DNA of 64,000 bases from Candidatus Poribacteria bacterium (GTDB lineage: Bacteria; Poribacteria; WGA-4E; PCPOR2b), in NCBI GenBank assembly GCA_965198175.1, contig OZ240245.1, positions 4,192,001 through 4,256,000 on the forward strand, written 5' to 3'. Below the pieces are notes generated by a model, which saw only the letters and a list, made by a program, of their open reading frames with translations, did no database searches and was not told the DNA's origin. A program made the translations under genes and the position numbers. Position 1 is the first letter of the stretch, and each line of letters starts with the position of its first letter. Positions 63,163 through 64,000 of the stretch are shown piece after piece.

Positions 63163-63584
63163 ATATAGTCATTTACATTCATATTTACACATATTATGAT
63201 TGTATGTTAATGAACGATGACGATATGCACTAAGACATACAGAAACTGAGCGTGTTCGCGCATAGATAGATTGGTTATATTTATAGTCGTAGAGAAGAAT
63301 CTAATTACCCTCAAAATCGGAGGCACTCTAGTAGCGAAAACTGTTAGTTTGTGCATACCACAATCTGAATGTAGTTTAAAAAAAATAATTCGCAAATACT
63401 GCGACGGACGATGCTCAATCAACAAGTGTCTCTAATCTTGCAAATCATTGAATCCTATAAATCCTGGTTCAGACAATGAACACCACACATTACCAAATTA
63501 AAAATTTAATCTTCATACAGATTGTGGTACAGAAGAATGTTATTACCCACAAGGATGTGTAATTATTAGTTGCAATGACTATAG
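63163..63584. mobile_element. Second MITE of the same family, in inverted orientation
   Basis: 30-bp inverted repeats at 63163-63192 and 63555-63584; carries an AATCC half-repeat at 63434-63475. Confidence 0.6.
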
Positions 63585-63998
63585 CGTATCAACGCCTGCT
63601 TCATGTGCTCTTGATGATAAGCGGACGCTTCGGCAAACTGACACGGCTTGTGAATCCTCAATGACTGCTAAATAGGGCTTCCCATCATCCAGCTCCGTCA
63701 CCATATTCGCGAAGTCGCCCTTCAGAAGTCCAGCGTTCTCAGATGATAGCCGAACAACATTTGTCGGGGGTGCAATGCGCTTAGGAAAGCGGTAGGCGGG
63801 TCCTATCCACATCCGTTCAATCGGCGCATGGCTTTGAAGGATATCCTTGAATTGGTTGTAGCTACTTGGGCATGTCCGCGAATCTATAAGCATCGGCTCC
63901 GCGGCAGCGACCTCCTTTAGCTGCGTAACCACATTTTCCGGGAGGTCAAATCGGAATCGGCAGATTGAACCTTCGTTGGTGCGTCCAAAGAAGAAACG
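63579..63998 (-). pseudogene. GNAT-like acetyltransferase (5' end outside the window), truncated at the MITE end
   Basis: RFFFGRT…RFRFDLP…SVCRSVR…EAGVDTL stops just before the expected acetyl-CoA-binding RGxG motif. Confidence 0.6.
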
Positions 63999-64000
63999 GG

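Overview
Bacterial chromosomal window of moderate GC. It is probably from Candidatus Poribacteria or a relative; this is inferred from repeated 'NYPNPFNPETWIPY' FlgD-like C-terminal tails and the many TPR, WD40, ankyrin and cadherin repeat proteins. Metabolic and housekeeping genes include a GH116 glycosidase, an SDR, amtB, an E1a/E1b/E2 dehydrogenase operon, a potB-like permease, coaD, split ADP-heptose genes (hldC, hldA, gmhB), a nucleotide-sugar dehydrogenase and several giant secreted repeat proteins. Six observations stand out. (1) A defence-like island at about 12.7-22.6 kb holds an amber-interrupted Eco57I-type methyltransferase, an NDT-like/TIR/TPR protein, and a TIR-24xTPR protein whose C-terminal tail resembles a Doc antitoxin and overlaps a Doc/Fic toxin gene; an AATCC-periodic repeat lies at most gene junctions. 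(2) A rhodanese-MoeB gene has an in-frame UGA at a conserved Cys followed by a SECIS-like hairpin, so it is a probable selenoprotein. (3) A 38-bp intergenic REP-associated sequence also occurs three times inside a 2016-aa ORF, in two different reading frames. (4) A structured 5' leader precedes a frameshifted ankyrin gene. (5) Matching sigma54 promoters precede two FlgD-tail genes, and an IS5 element separates one from its gene. (6) Two IS630-like MITEs each truncate a flanking gene. No rRNA, tRNA or CRISPR array was seen.
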